From positions 47,554,001-47,618,000 of the forward strand of contig OZ024741.1 of NCBI GenBank assembly GCA_964016885.1: a stretch of 64,000 nt of DNA. Reading direction: 5' to 3'. This document shows positions 1 to 11,850 of the stretch, one piece after another (within the stretch, counting starts at the first letter, position 1; every line of letters starts with the position of its first letter). Under the pieces are notes generated by a model. The model saw only the letters and a list, made by a program, of their open reading frames with translations, did not search any database and was not told the DNA's origin. Origin of the DNA: Eledone cirrhosa (taxonomy: Eukaryota). Made by a program: the position numbers and the translations under genes.

Positions 1-877
<877 letters not shown>

Positions 878-880
<3 letters not shown>

Positions 881-1540
881 TCTGCACACAATGCCCAGGT
901 CTCACTGCCATGCAACATTGCTGTTCGTATGCAGGCATCATACAACCTGCCTCCCTAAAAATGAAAGGCAGGTTGTATGATGCCTGCATACGAACAGCAA
1001 TGTTGCATGGCAGTGAGACCTGGGCATTGTGTGCAGAGGAAATACGCAGACTAGAGAGGAACGAAGCTTGCATGCTCCGCTGGATCTGTAATAGTAATAT
1101 ACGTGAACGGCAAAGCATTAACGAACTAAGGGAAAAATTAGAAATAAGAGGGATCAGGTGTTGTTTACTCGAAAGAAGGCTACGTTGGTATGGCACATGA
1201 AAGACGACAGCTGTATAAAAAAGTGCAGGGCAATAAAGATAGACGGTAGCCACGGAGTAGGCAGACCCAGAAAAACCTGGGACGACTTGATAAATTCCGA
1301 CCTCACACACTTACACCTCTCCAAGACAATGTCACTGGACCGAGATCTTTGGCGGTACTCAGTAATAGAGAAGACCCGCCTTACCTAAATACAAAGTAAA
1401 ACCTACTACAGTCAGTAGGCACCTCTAACAAAATACACCCCCGTCCCACCACCCCCACCCCATCCACACCACCCCTTTCAATGTAAAGTTATGTTGGTGC
1501 CACAACATCCAGGCCGAAACAAATGAGGTCGTGTAGGTGT
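878..1540 (+). mobile_element. RTE LINE subfamily B, 3' fragment with 5' fold-back inversion
   Basis: Encodes [22 protein letters not shown]...GRPRKTW...KTRLT (frameshifted). 878-952 is the reverse complement of 966-1040. Confidence 0.9.
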
Positions 1541-1542
1541 AA

Positions 1543-2868
1543 ATAAATAAGGCAATCAAAGATATGAAGACGGGTAAGGCAGCTGCGCCTTCGGAAATAG
1601 TTGCTGAAATGCTGAAAGCATCTGGAACGGTGGGACACACTATGGTCACCCGGATAGTAAACCAAGTCATACAGAATCGGGTCGTTCCGAAGGACTGGCA
1701 GAGCAGCATCATCATTAACTGCTACAAGGGTAAAGGAAATGCCCTAGATAGGAGTAACTATAGAGGCATTAAATTAATCGACCAGGTCATGAAGGTCATA
1801 GAAAAAGTAATAGCGCAACTAATCAGAGAGCGAATTGATCTAGATGAAATTCAGTTCGGGTTTGTGTCAGGTAAAAGTACCACAGACTCTTTTCATTGTA
1901 CGACAACTACAGGAGAAGTACCTAGCTAAAAGTAAACCCCTATACTTAGCTTTTGTCGACTTGGAGAAAGCCTTTGACAGAGTACCCCGCTCGATTATCT
2001 GGTGGGCTCTTAGAAAACTAGGTGTTGATGAATGGCTTGTGAGAGCTATACAAGCCATGTATAAAGAAACAGTCAGCAAGGTTAGAATTAACAACGAATA
2101 TAGTGAAGAGCTTAGCGTAAAAGTTGGTGTTCATCAGGGCTCCGTTCTTAGCGCCCTATTTATTATTGCCCTTCAGGCTATAACAGAGGAGTTCAAGACC
2201 GGCTGCCCATGCATGGGAACTCCTATACGCAGATGATCTAACACTCATAGCTGAATCAATGGCTGAACTAGAGAAGAAATTCCAAACATGGAAGCATGGC
2301 CTAGAATCAAAAGGCCTTAAAATTAAAACTAAAGTTCTAGTTTGTAGGAAGGAAAATAGGGCACCGGTCCTATCTGGGAAATGGCCAGGCTCAGTGTGTA
2401 GGAAAGGAGTAGGCAGAAACTCCATTTTATGTCCAAAATGCAAAGTATGGGTGCATAAAAGATGTAGTGGGATCACAGGTCAGCTAACTCAGAATATAGA
2501 TTTTGTATGTGGCCGGTGCTGAGGTGCAATAAGTAGCAACAAGTGACCACAAAATACTAGCTCATTCCATTGCACAGATGGTTCTATAGAAATAGTGGAC
2601 ACCTTCCGTTACCTGGGTGACAAAATCAGCAGTGGTGGAGGGTGCTCTGAAAGTACAGTAGCTAGAGTCAGAACTGGATGGAAAAAGTTCAGAGAGCTTA
2701 TACCACGATTGGCCGCTAGAGGGTTCTCCCTAAAAATGAAAGGCAGGTTGTATGATGCCTGCATACGAACAGCAATGTTACATGGCAGTGAGACCTGGGC
2801 ATTGTGTGCAGAGGATATTCGCAGACTGGAGAGGAACGAAGCTTGCATGCTCCGCTGGATGTGTAATA
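1543..2868 (+). mobile_element. RTE LINE subfamily B, degenerate RT fragment
   Basis: Frameshifted ORFs with NYRGIKL, FVDLEKAFDRVPR, GVHQGSVLS and FRYLG; closely similar to the 11851-14516 copy. Confidence 0.9.
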
Positions 2869-3233
2869 GGAGATGGGGTTATGTTAGCCATCCGCGGCCG
2901 AAAAAAAGAGGAGGAGTGCTCGCATTCTCGTCCGCGAGGTGAATTTGTCTTTATCTTTGGCATTGTCGCTGAGTGTCCATATTTTTCTCTCTTCAACTCT
3001 CCAGAATTCCGTAGTCCATACATCATATCGAAAGGCAACCAGGTAAGCGATAGTATAGGCCTCTGACTTATGATTGGTCCACGTAATAATGCTGGTGCGT
3101 GGGGGCGGGTGGGAGGGATGTTGGGTTGTTAGCGAGAAGCTAAGGTTTAAATAAGATCCCCGTATTTTGGGCATAATTTAACAAGCATTAACAAAAATGC
3201 AAGATATATAATATATAATATATATATTATATA

Positions 3234-3281
<48 letters not shown>

Positions 3282-3609
3282 GGAGGCACATGGCTTAGTG
3301 GTTAGAGCATTGGCCTTGCAATCGAAAGGTTGTGAGTTCAATTCTCAGACCGGGTGATGTGTTGTTTCCTTGAGCAAGATACTTTATTTCACATTGCTCC
3401 AGTTTACTCAGCTGTAGAAATGAGATGATAGGGACTGGGGTCCCTATCATTCCACTGCAAAGTGGTCGTGGAGGTGCCACGGCAAAAATAGCACCCAGCA
3501 CTCACTGTAAATGAGGTTGGTGTTAGGAAGGGCATCCAGCTGTAGAAATCAAGCCAGAATCAGTTCCCGTCCCACCCTTGCAAGCAGGGAAAAGCGGATG
3601 TAAAAAAAA
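3282..3609 (+). mobile_element. tRNA-derived SINE family 1 (RTE-type tail)
   Basis: A box TGGCTTAGTGG and B box GAGTTCAATTC; 3' end matches the RTE subfamily C tail. Confidence 0.88.
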
Positions 3610-3659
3610 TATAATATATAATATATAATATATATATATATAATATATAATATATATAT

Positions 3660-3848
3660 AATTGTTTCTACTTTTGGCACAAGGCCAGCAATTACCCAGT
3701 GCATTACTGGTACTTTATTTTATCGACCCGTAAGGATGAAAGGCAAAGTTAACCTCGGCGGGATTTGAACTCAGATCCTAAAGGGACGTAACTCTGCTGG
3801 AAAGCATGGCGTCCGACCCTCTACCGATACTGCCAATCCACCGCCCTT
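3660..3848 (-). mobile_element. tRNA-derived SINE family 2 (Nin-domain-like core); partial copy at 3917-4022
   Basis: B box GAGTTCAAATCC and core gcctttcatcctt.cgggtcgataaa..aagtacc; recurs at 35120, 39123, 41282, 47745 and 62395. Confidence 0.8.
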
Positions 3849-3872
3849 ATATATATATTATCCACCTCCATC

Positions 3873-3914
<42 letters not shown>

Positions 3915-4202
3915 ATAATTGTTTCTACTATTGGCACAAGGCGAGCAATTATCCAAGCACATTACTGGTACCTTATTTTATCGAACCCGTAAGGATGAAA
4001 GGCTAAGTTAACCTCGGCGGGAATATATATAATATATATATATTATAATATATATATAATATATATATATATATTTTATATATATATAATATATATATAT
4101 ATATATAATATATATATATATTATATATATATATAATATATATATATAATATATATATATATTATATATATATAACATATATATATATTATATATATATA
4201 TT

Positions 4203-4519
4203 ATCATCATCATCATTTCATTTTACGTCCGCTTTTCCCTGCTTGCAAGGGTGGGATGGGAACTGATTTTGGCTTGATTTCTACAACTGGATGCCCTTCC
4301 TAACACCAACCTCATTTACAGTGAGTGCTGGGTGCTTTTTTGCCGTGGCACCTCCACGACCACTTTGCAGTGGAATCTCATTTCTACAGCTGAGTAAACT
4401 GGAGCAATGTGAAATAAAGTGTCTTGCTCAAGGAAACAACACATCACCCGGTCTGAGAATTGAACTCACAACCTTTCGATTGCAAGGCCAATGCTCTAAC
4501 CACTAAGCCATGTGCCTCC
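4203..4519 (-). mobile_element. SINE family 1 copy
   Basis: Reverse complement of 3282-3609 with a small deletion; (ATG)n tail. Confidence 0.88.
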
Positions 4520-4618
4520 ATCATATATATTATATATATAATATATATATATATTATATATATATACATATACATATATACATATACATATAAATATACA
4601 TATATACATATATATATA

Positions 4619-4820
4619 TCATCATCATCATCATCATCATCGTTTAACGTCCGTGTTCCACGCTTGCATGGGTTTGGACGGGGGTTTTCCCACTTGAGGC
4701 AAGAGTGATTGTCTTGCTCGCATAGGACTGTCTGGCGGGTTTTCTACAGCTGGATGCCCTTCCTAACACCAACCACATTTACAGTGTGGGGCTGGGAGGT
4801 TTTTACCATGTTGCCTACAT
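4619..4820 (-). mobile_element. RTE subfamily B 3' UTR/tail fragment
   Basis: Matches 11851-12050; (ATG)n tail. Confidence 0.8.
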
Positions 4821-4889
4821 GTATATGTAGAGGTGTGCATATATGTTTGTGTGTGAATGCGTGGGCGAAAGGATACGTACACTTGAAAG

Positions 4890-5320
4890 AAAAATTTAAG
4901 TCTGAATGTTAATTAAGTGCAAACACAAAACCAACCATGCATATCTATACTATCTCTAATCCTTCTATAGATTTAGAAAAATAACCAATGCCAAATAATA
5001 TATTCTATAAAAATGTCAAAACAACAGATGGGAATCTAATTACTCACTGACACCAAAAATTCTCACTGCTATCAAAAAACCACTCCCTTAACTATTCTTC
5101 TAACAACTTCACCCCTTCCTCCAAATATTCTCTATAAAAACCAAACAGGTTCTCAATAAAATTATTCTGATGAAATGACAGTTGATAATAACATTGAAAT
5201 ATTGAATGTCTGCATAACTAATACTTTGTAGATAGCAGCTGTTTTCAGGTTATGTAACTGTTATTGAAACACGTGTCAATAAATTCCTTTGAACTAAACT
5301 GTATCCATTTAAATCCTTCT
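4890..5320 (+). mobile_element. Probable Penelope-like element 3' end/pLTR
   Basis: Degenerate N.KSE...KCKHK C-terminal motif near 4893-4935, followed by a hammerhead and AATAAA. Confidence 0.5.
5162..5282 (+). ncRNA. Type I hammerhead ribozyme
   Basis: TTATT-CTGATGA(5167)-aatgacagtt...aactgttatt-GAAAC-ACGT-GTC^-AATAA: stems I and II pair and loop III is palindromic. Confidence 0.8.
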
Positions 5321-5470
5321 ATATAATATATATATATATATATTATATATATAATATATATATATATATATAATATATATATATATTATATATATATAAT
5401 ATATATATGTTATATATATATAATATATATATAATATATATATAATATATATATATAATATATATATAAT

Positions 5471-5504
<34 letters not shown>

Positions 5505-5928
5505 ATATATATATATATATATAATATATATATATATATAATATATATATATATAATATATATATATATATAATATATATATATATAATATATATATAAT
5601 ATATATATATATTATATATATATAATATATATATATAATATATATATATATAATATATATATATAATATATATATATATTATATATATATATATTATATA
5701 TTATATATATATAATATATATATATATATTATATATTATATATATATAATATATATATATATTAAAATATATATATATTATATATATATAATATATATAT
5801 ATATTAAAATATATATATATTATATATATTATATAAATATATTATATATATATATTATATATATATTATATATATATAATATATATATATTATATACATA
5901 TATTATATACATATATAATATATATATA

Positions 5929-6740
5929 TATGATGCCTGCATACGAACAGCAATGTTGCATGGCAGTGAGACCTGGGCATTGTGTGCAGAGGATATACGC
6001 AGACTAGAGAGGAACGAAGTTTGCATGCTCCGCTGGATGTGTAATAGTAATATACGTGAACGGCAAAGCATAAACGAACTAAGGAAAAAATTAGAAATAA
6101 GAGGGATCAGATGTTGTTTACTCGAGAGAAGGCTACGTTGGTATGGTCACGTGATGTGCATGTAAGACGATAGCTGTATAACAAAGTGCAGGTAAAGATA
6201 GACGGTATCCACGGAATAGGCAGACCTAGAAAAACCTGGGACGAGCTGATAAACTCCAACCTCACACACTTACACCTCTCCAAGACAATGTCACTGGACC
6301 GAGACCTTTGGTGGTACTCAGTAATAGAGAAGACCCGCCTTACCTAAATACAAAGTAAAAGCTACTACAGTCAGTAGGCATCTCTAACAAAATACATCCC
6401 GTCCCACCACCCCCACCCCATCCACACCGCCCCTTTCAATGTAAAGTTATGTCGGTGCCACAACATCCAGGCCGAAACAAATGAGATCATGTAGGTGTCA
6501 CGACAAAAAAAAACACAGTCCACGCTGTAATGTGGCCGTGTAGGCAACACGGTAAAAACCTCCCAGCCCCACACTGTAAATGTGGTTGGTGTTAGGAAGG
6601 GCATCCAGCTGTAGAAAACCCGCCAGACAGTCCTATGCGAGCAAGACAATCACTCTTGCCTCAAGTGGGAAAACCCCCGTCCAAACCCATGCAAGCGTGG
6701 AACACGGACGTTAAACGTTGATGATGATGATGATGATGAT
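5929..6740 (+). mobile_element. RTE LINE subfamily B, 5'-truncated copy
   Basis: C-terminal ORF remnant MLHGSETW...RLRWYGHV, complete 3' UTR and (GAT)n tail; TA tracts on both sides. Confidence 0.9.
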
Positions 6741-6842
6741 AATATATATATATATTATATATATATATAATATATATATATATTATATATATATCTTATA
6801 TATATATTATATATATATATTATATATATATAATATATAATT

Positions 6843-6874
<32 letters not shown>

Positions 6875-6890
6875 AATATATATATATATT

Positions 6891-9085
6891 CATCATCATC
6901 ATCACCGTTTTACGTCCGTTCTTCCACGCTAGCATGGGTTAGACGGGTTGTCCTGTTGTGGGCAGTGTCTGGTCGGCTGACCATGCCTTGCTCATACAGG
7001 AACTGATTTGGCTTGATTTCTACAGCTGGATGCCCTTGCTAACACCAACCTCATTTACAGTGAGTGCTGGGTGCTTTTTCGTGGCGCCTACACGTCCACT
7101 TTACAGTGTGGGCTGGGTGCTTTTTTGCCGTGGCACCTCCACGACCACCTTGCGGTGGGGGGTGTGGGGGCATATTGTCTATATGCTTCAGCTTGTACCC
7201 ATGGGAGGTCGGGTACTCTGTATTACTGCATGACGCCAGAAGTCACGGTCGTGTGTCATTGTCTTTGAGAGGTGTAATTGGGTAAGGTCGGCTTTTATCA
7301 CCTCATCCCAGGTCATCTTGGGTCTCCCCACTCCGCGGTTTCCATCAACTTCTAGTGCTCTGCACCTTTTTATGCAGCTGTCATCCTTCATACGCATCAC
7401 ATGTCCATACCAGCGCATCCGCCTCTCCTGCACACAGCATTTGATTCCTCTTATGCTCAGTCTCTCTCTCAATTCATTTATGCTTTGTCGTTCATGTATA
7501 TTATTGTTACACATCCATCGGAGCATGCAGGCTTCGTTTCTCTCTAATCTACGTAAGTCTTCCACCTTCAGCGCCCAGGTCTCACTACCATGCAACATCG
7601 CTGTTCGTATACATGCATCATACAGTCTGCCTTTCATTTTGAGGGAAAAGCCTTTTGCAGCTAGCAGTGGCTCCCTGAACTTCTTCCATCCCGTTCTTAC
7701 CCTAGTTATTGTACTTTCCGAACACCCACCTCCGCTGCTAATTTGGTCACCTAGGTAGCATAAGCGGTCTACTGTTTCTACAGAGCCCTCCCAAAGTTTG
7801 GTGGTACTTGTTTCCTGTGGCTGTTTGCTGTTTGCTGTCTCAGCACAGCTGCTGCATGTGAATCCTACATTCTTAATTAAGCTTCCTGAGATCCCGCTAC
7901 ATCTCTTGTGTACCCATTGTTTGCATTTGGGGCAGAGAATGGAGTTCCTACCTACACCTTTCCTACATACTGAGCAAGGCCATTTCCCTGAGGGGATCTG
8001 GGTTCTGTTTTCTCGTCTACTTACAAGGACCTTAGTCTTTGTCATGTTGACTTTGAGACCCTTTCTTTCTAGTCCCTGCTTCCAGGTTTGGAATTTCTTC
8101 TCTAGTTCTACCATATATTCAGCTATGAGTGCGAGGTCATCAGTATACAGGAGTTCCCATGGGCATCCGGTCTTAAACTCCTCCGTTATTGCCTGCAGGA
8201 CTATGATGAACAGGAGAGGGCTAAGAACAGAGCCCTGGTGGACCCCAACCTGTACGCTAAATTCCTCGCTATACTCATTGCTAATCCTAACTTTGCTGAC
8301 TGCTCCCCTATACATGGCTTGTACCGCTTTCACAAGCCATTTATCTACTCCTAGTTTTCTAAGAGCCCACCAGATTACAGCACGTGGAACTCTGTCAAAG
8401 GCTTTCTCAAGGTCGACAAATGCCAAGTAGAGTGGCTTACTTTTAGCTAGGTACTTTTCCTGTAATTGCCTCACAAGGAAGAGGGCATCAGTGGTGCCTC
8501 TTCCTGGTACAAACCCAAATTGCATCTCGTCTATTTTCACCCGGTCCCTAATCAGCTGTGCTATAACTCTTTCTGTTACTTTCATGACCTGGTCCATCAA
8601 CTTTATACCTCTATAGTTTCCTCTATCTAGTGCATCACCTTTACCTTTGTAGCAGTTGACAATGATGCTACTGCACCAATCTTTTGGTATGGCCCCTTCT
8701 AGTATTACCTGGTTAACGATACGTATGGTTATAGTGTGACCTACAGACCCAGATGCCTTCAGCATCTCGGCAGCTATACCCCATGGACCGGTTGCCTTCC
8801 CCATCTTCATATCTTTGATTGCCTTACTTACTACGCTGCCGCTGACTTGTACTGCTGGTCCCTCTATAGGGTCTACTTGGGGTAGGGTCTCTTCTTCCCA
8901 TGCATTCTCCTCATTTAGTAATCTATCATAATGACTCTTCCATGCATCTTTCTTCTCAGCACTTGTGAGGGCAAGCTCACCTTTATCATTCCGGATACAC
9001 TTCTCTCCAATGACATCACAACTATCTCTGACACACTGCCTCGCAATCTTGAATACCTCCTGTTTCTGGTCCTCACGTTGTAAAA
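6891..9085 (-). mobile_element. RTE LINE subfamily A, 5'-truncated (RT ORF 7188-8810, catalytic motif YTDD)
   Basis: 540-aa ORF with non-LTR RT motifs and a PHD finger; (ATG)n tail at 6891; no APE endonuclease domain. Confidence 0.95.
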
Positions 9086-9436
9086 ATATTATATATATAT
9101 AATATATATATATATTATATATATATATTATATATATATAATATATATATATATTATATATATATATATAATATATATATATATTATATATATATATAAT
9201 ATATATATATATAATATATATATATAATATATATATATATTATATATATATATAATATATATATATAATATATATATATTATATATATATATAATATATA
9301 TATATATTATATATATAATATACATATATATTATATATAATATATATATATTATATATATATAATACATATAAATATTATATATATATAATATATATATA
9401 TATTATATATATTATATATATATATAAAATATATAT

Positions 9437-11701
9437 ACAAATTTAGGAAAGCCCTTCAAGATGTATATGACGAAAAAGAAGACGATTTAGAGACGTATGA
9501 CATAGATAATAACTGGAATTTCCTACGTGACAACTTGCTGCAGGCTACTGATGAAACTTGTGGCTAGAGCAGAGCTCCAACCAGACAGAGAGTGACCTGG
9601 TGTTGGAACAGCACAGTAGATAAGGCTATTAGAGACAAAAGACTAGCATGGAAGGCTTGGAAAAAGGGTGGGAGTAGGGAAGAATATACAGCCACTAAGA
9701 GAGAAGCTAGACGTCAGGTGTACTTAGCACGCAGGGAGGCAGAGAGTAGGAGGTTTACCAATATTCTGCGACAGGAAGATCAGAGGCGTGCGGTGTTCCA
9801 CATTGCAAGGCAGTGTGTCAATGCAAATCAGGATGTTGTTGGAGATAAATGTGTCCAGGATGATGCCGGTGTACTTAGTGTCACGAATGATCAGAAAAAG
9901 GAGGCCTGGAAATGTCATTATGAGAGACTGATGAATGTGGAGAACAAATGGGAGAGAGAGAAATTACCCTTGGTAGATCCGACAGAGGTCCCAGCTATTG
10001 AGATTGACGAGTATAGGGTCCAAGAGGCGATTAGGGAAATGAAAAATGGTAAGGCTGCCGGACCATCGGGAATAGTTGCTGAGATGCTGAAGGCATCAGG
10101 GGACGTAGGCACTAAACTGGTTGCATGCATCATCAATCAGGCTATATATGGTGGTGTCATACCCAAAGACTGGTGCAGCAGTATTCTCATAAATTGCTAT
10201 AAAGGTAAAGGGGATGCTTTGGAGAGGAGCAATTATAGGGGTATAAAACTGATAGATCAGGTTATGAAAGTGGCAGAAAGGATTTTAGCACAACTAATTA
10301 GAGAAAGGGTCAAACTAGATGAGATGCAGTTTGGTTTTGTGCCTGGGAAGAGTACAACAGATGCCCTCTTCTTGGTGAGACAATTGCAAGAGAGGTTCTT
10401 AGTGAAGAATAAGCCACTATACTTAGCCTTTGTTGACCTAGAGAAGGCCTTTGATAGGGTACTCCGATCTGTCATCTGGTGGTCCCTAAGGAAGCTAGGT
10501 GTTGAGGAATGGCTTGTGAGGACAGTGCAAACTTTGTACAGAGGTACTCTCAGTAAAGTCAGGGTAGGAATGGAGTTTAGTGAGGAATTCCAGATACAAG
10601 TAGGAGTACATCAGGGTTCGGTCCTCAGCCCGCTCTTGTTCATTATAGTCCTCCAAGCCATAACAGAGGAGTTTAAGACTGGCTGTCCATGGGAACTTCT
10701 CTATGCTGACGATCTGGTTCTTATAGCAGAATCAGTAGAGGAGCTAGAGAATAAATTCTGGCTATGGAAACAGCAGTTGGAAGCAAGAGGACTGAGAGTG
10801 AATCTAGCTAAGACAAAAGTGTTGATGAGTAGAAAAGAGGACAAAACCCTGATTCCGTCAGGGAAATGGCCATGTTCGATATGCAGAAAAGGGACTGGCA
10901 TAAATTCTATAAAATGCACACAATGCAGATCCTGGGTACACAAGAGATGTAGCGGGATAGCAGGCAAACTAACAGGTAGGGAGAAATATGTATGCAGTAG
11001 ATGTACAGGGAAATTAGACAGTAGAAGTCGCACCGATAGACACATTTTTCAAATGCAGGAGGGCGCTATAGAAGTGGTGGATAGCTTCCGGTACCTAGGA
11101 GATCAGATTAGCATGGGAGGAGGGTGTTCCGAGGCCATAGTATCTAGAATAAGGATGGGTTGGAAGAAGTTTAGGGAGCTGCTTCCTATGTTGACGAAGA
11201 AGGGTTTCTCCCTGCGTACGAAAGGCCGGTTGTATGATGCCTGTGTGAGGAGCGCGATGCTGCATGGTAGTGAAACATGTGCAGTAACTGCAGAGGACAT
11301 GCGACGGCTGGAGAGAAATGAGGCAAGCATGCTCCGTTGGATGTGCAGTGTAAATGTGCGTGAACGACCCAGCTTAAATGTGTTGAGAGAGAAACTGTGT
11401 CTGAGAGAGATAGAATGTAGTGTACGGGAGAGGAGACTGAGGTGGTATGGGCATGTGATGTGCATGGAGGATGACCGATGGGTGAAGAAGTGCCAGGAAT
11501 TGCCAGTTGAAGGAAGACGTGGTAGATGTAGACCACGAAAAACATGGGCGGAGGTGGTGAGAACAAACCTCAGATCATTGAAGCTCACGGTGGAGATGAC
11601 GAGGGACCGTGACGAGTGGCGAATATGCTGTGCTGAATAAGACCCGCCCCACCCTTGCAAGCAGGGAAAAGCGGACGTAAAATGATGATGATGATGATGA
11701 T
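9437..11701 (+). mobile_element. RTE LINE subfamily C, 5'-truncated
   Basis: RT ORF with DLEKAFDRV, QGSVLSP, YADD, PHD finger, RLRWYGHV; very short 3' end followed by an (ATG)n tail. Confidence 0.95.
9592..11640 (+). CDS. RTE-clade reverse transcriptase ORF (partial, no APE domain; PHD finger at 10873-11004)
   Basis: 682-aa open frame from the ORF track; an upstream in-frame stop shows the copy is decayed. Confidence 0.7.
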   Translation: MTWCWNSTVDKAIRDKRLAWKAWKKGGSREEYTATKREARRQVYLARREAESRRFTNILRQEDQRRAVFHIARQCVNANQDVVGDKCVQDDAGVLSVTNDQKKEAWKCHYERLMNVENKWEREKLPLVDPTEVPAIEIDEYRVQEAIREMKNGKAAGPSGIVAEMLKASGDVGTKLVACIINQAIYGGVIPKDWCSSILINCYKGKGDALERSNYRGIKLIDQVMKVAERILAQLIRERVKLDEMQFGFVPGKSTTDALFLVRQLQERFLVKNKPLYLAFVDLEKAFDRVLRSVIWWSLRKLGVEEWLVRTVQTLYRGTLSKVRVGMEFSEEFQIQVGVHQGSVLSPLLFIIVLQAITEEFKTGCPWELLYADDLVLIAESVEELENKFWLWKQQLEARGLRVNLAKTKVLMSRKEDKTLIPSGKWPCSICRKGTGINSIKCTQCRSWVHKRCSGIAGKLTGREKYVCSRCTGKLDSRSRTDRHIFQMQEGAIEVVDSFRYLGDQISMGGGCSEAIVSRIRMGWKKFRELLPMLTKKGFSLRTKGRLYDACVRSAMLHGSETCAVTAEDMRRLERNEASMLRWMCSVNVRERPSLNVLREKLCLREIECSVRERRLRWYGHVMCMEDDRWVKKCQELPVEGRRGRCRPRKTWAEVVRTNLRSLKLTVEMTRDRDEWRICCAE

Positions 11702-11850
11702 ATTATATATATATAATATATATATATATTATATATATATATAATATATATATATTATATATATATAATTTATATATATAATTTATATATATAATTTATA
11801 TATATAATTTATATATATAATATATATATAATTTATATATATATTATATA

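Noticed and set aside
3282-3355. tRNA-like sequence (also 4450-4519, 20067, 43954)
   Set aside because: No acceptor-stem pairing, and it continues into a SINE body and tail; it is a SINE head.
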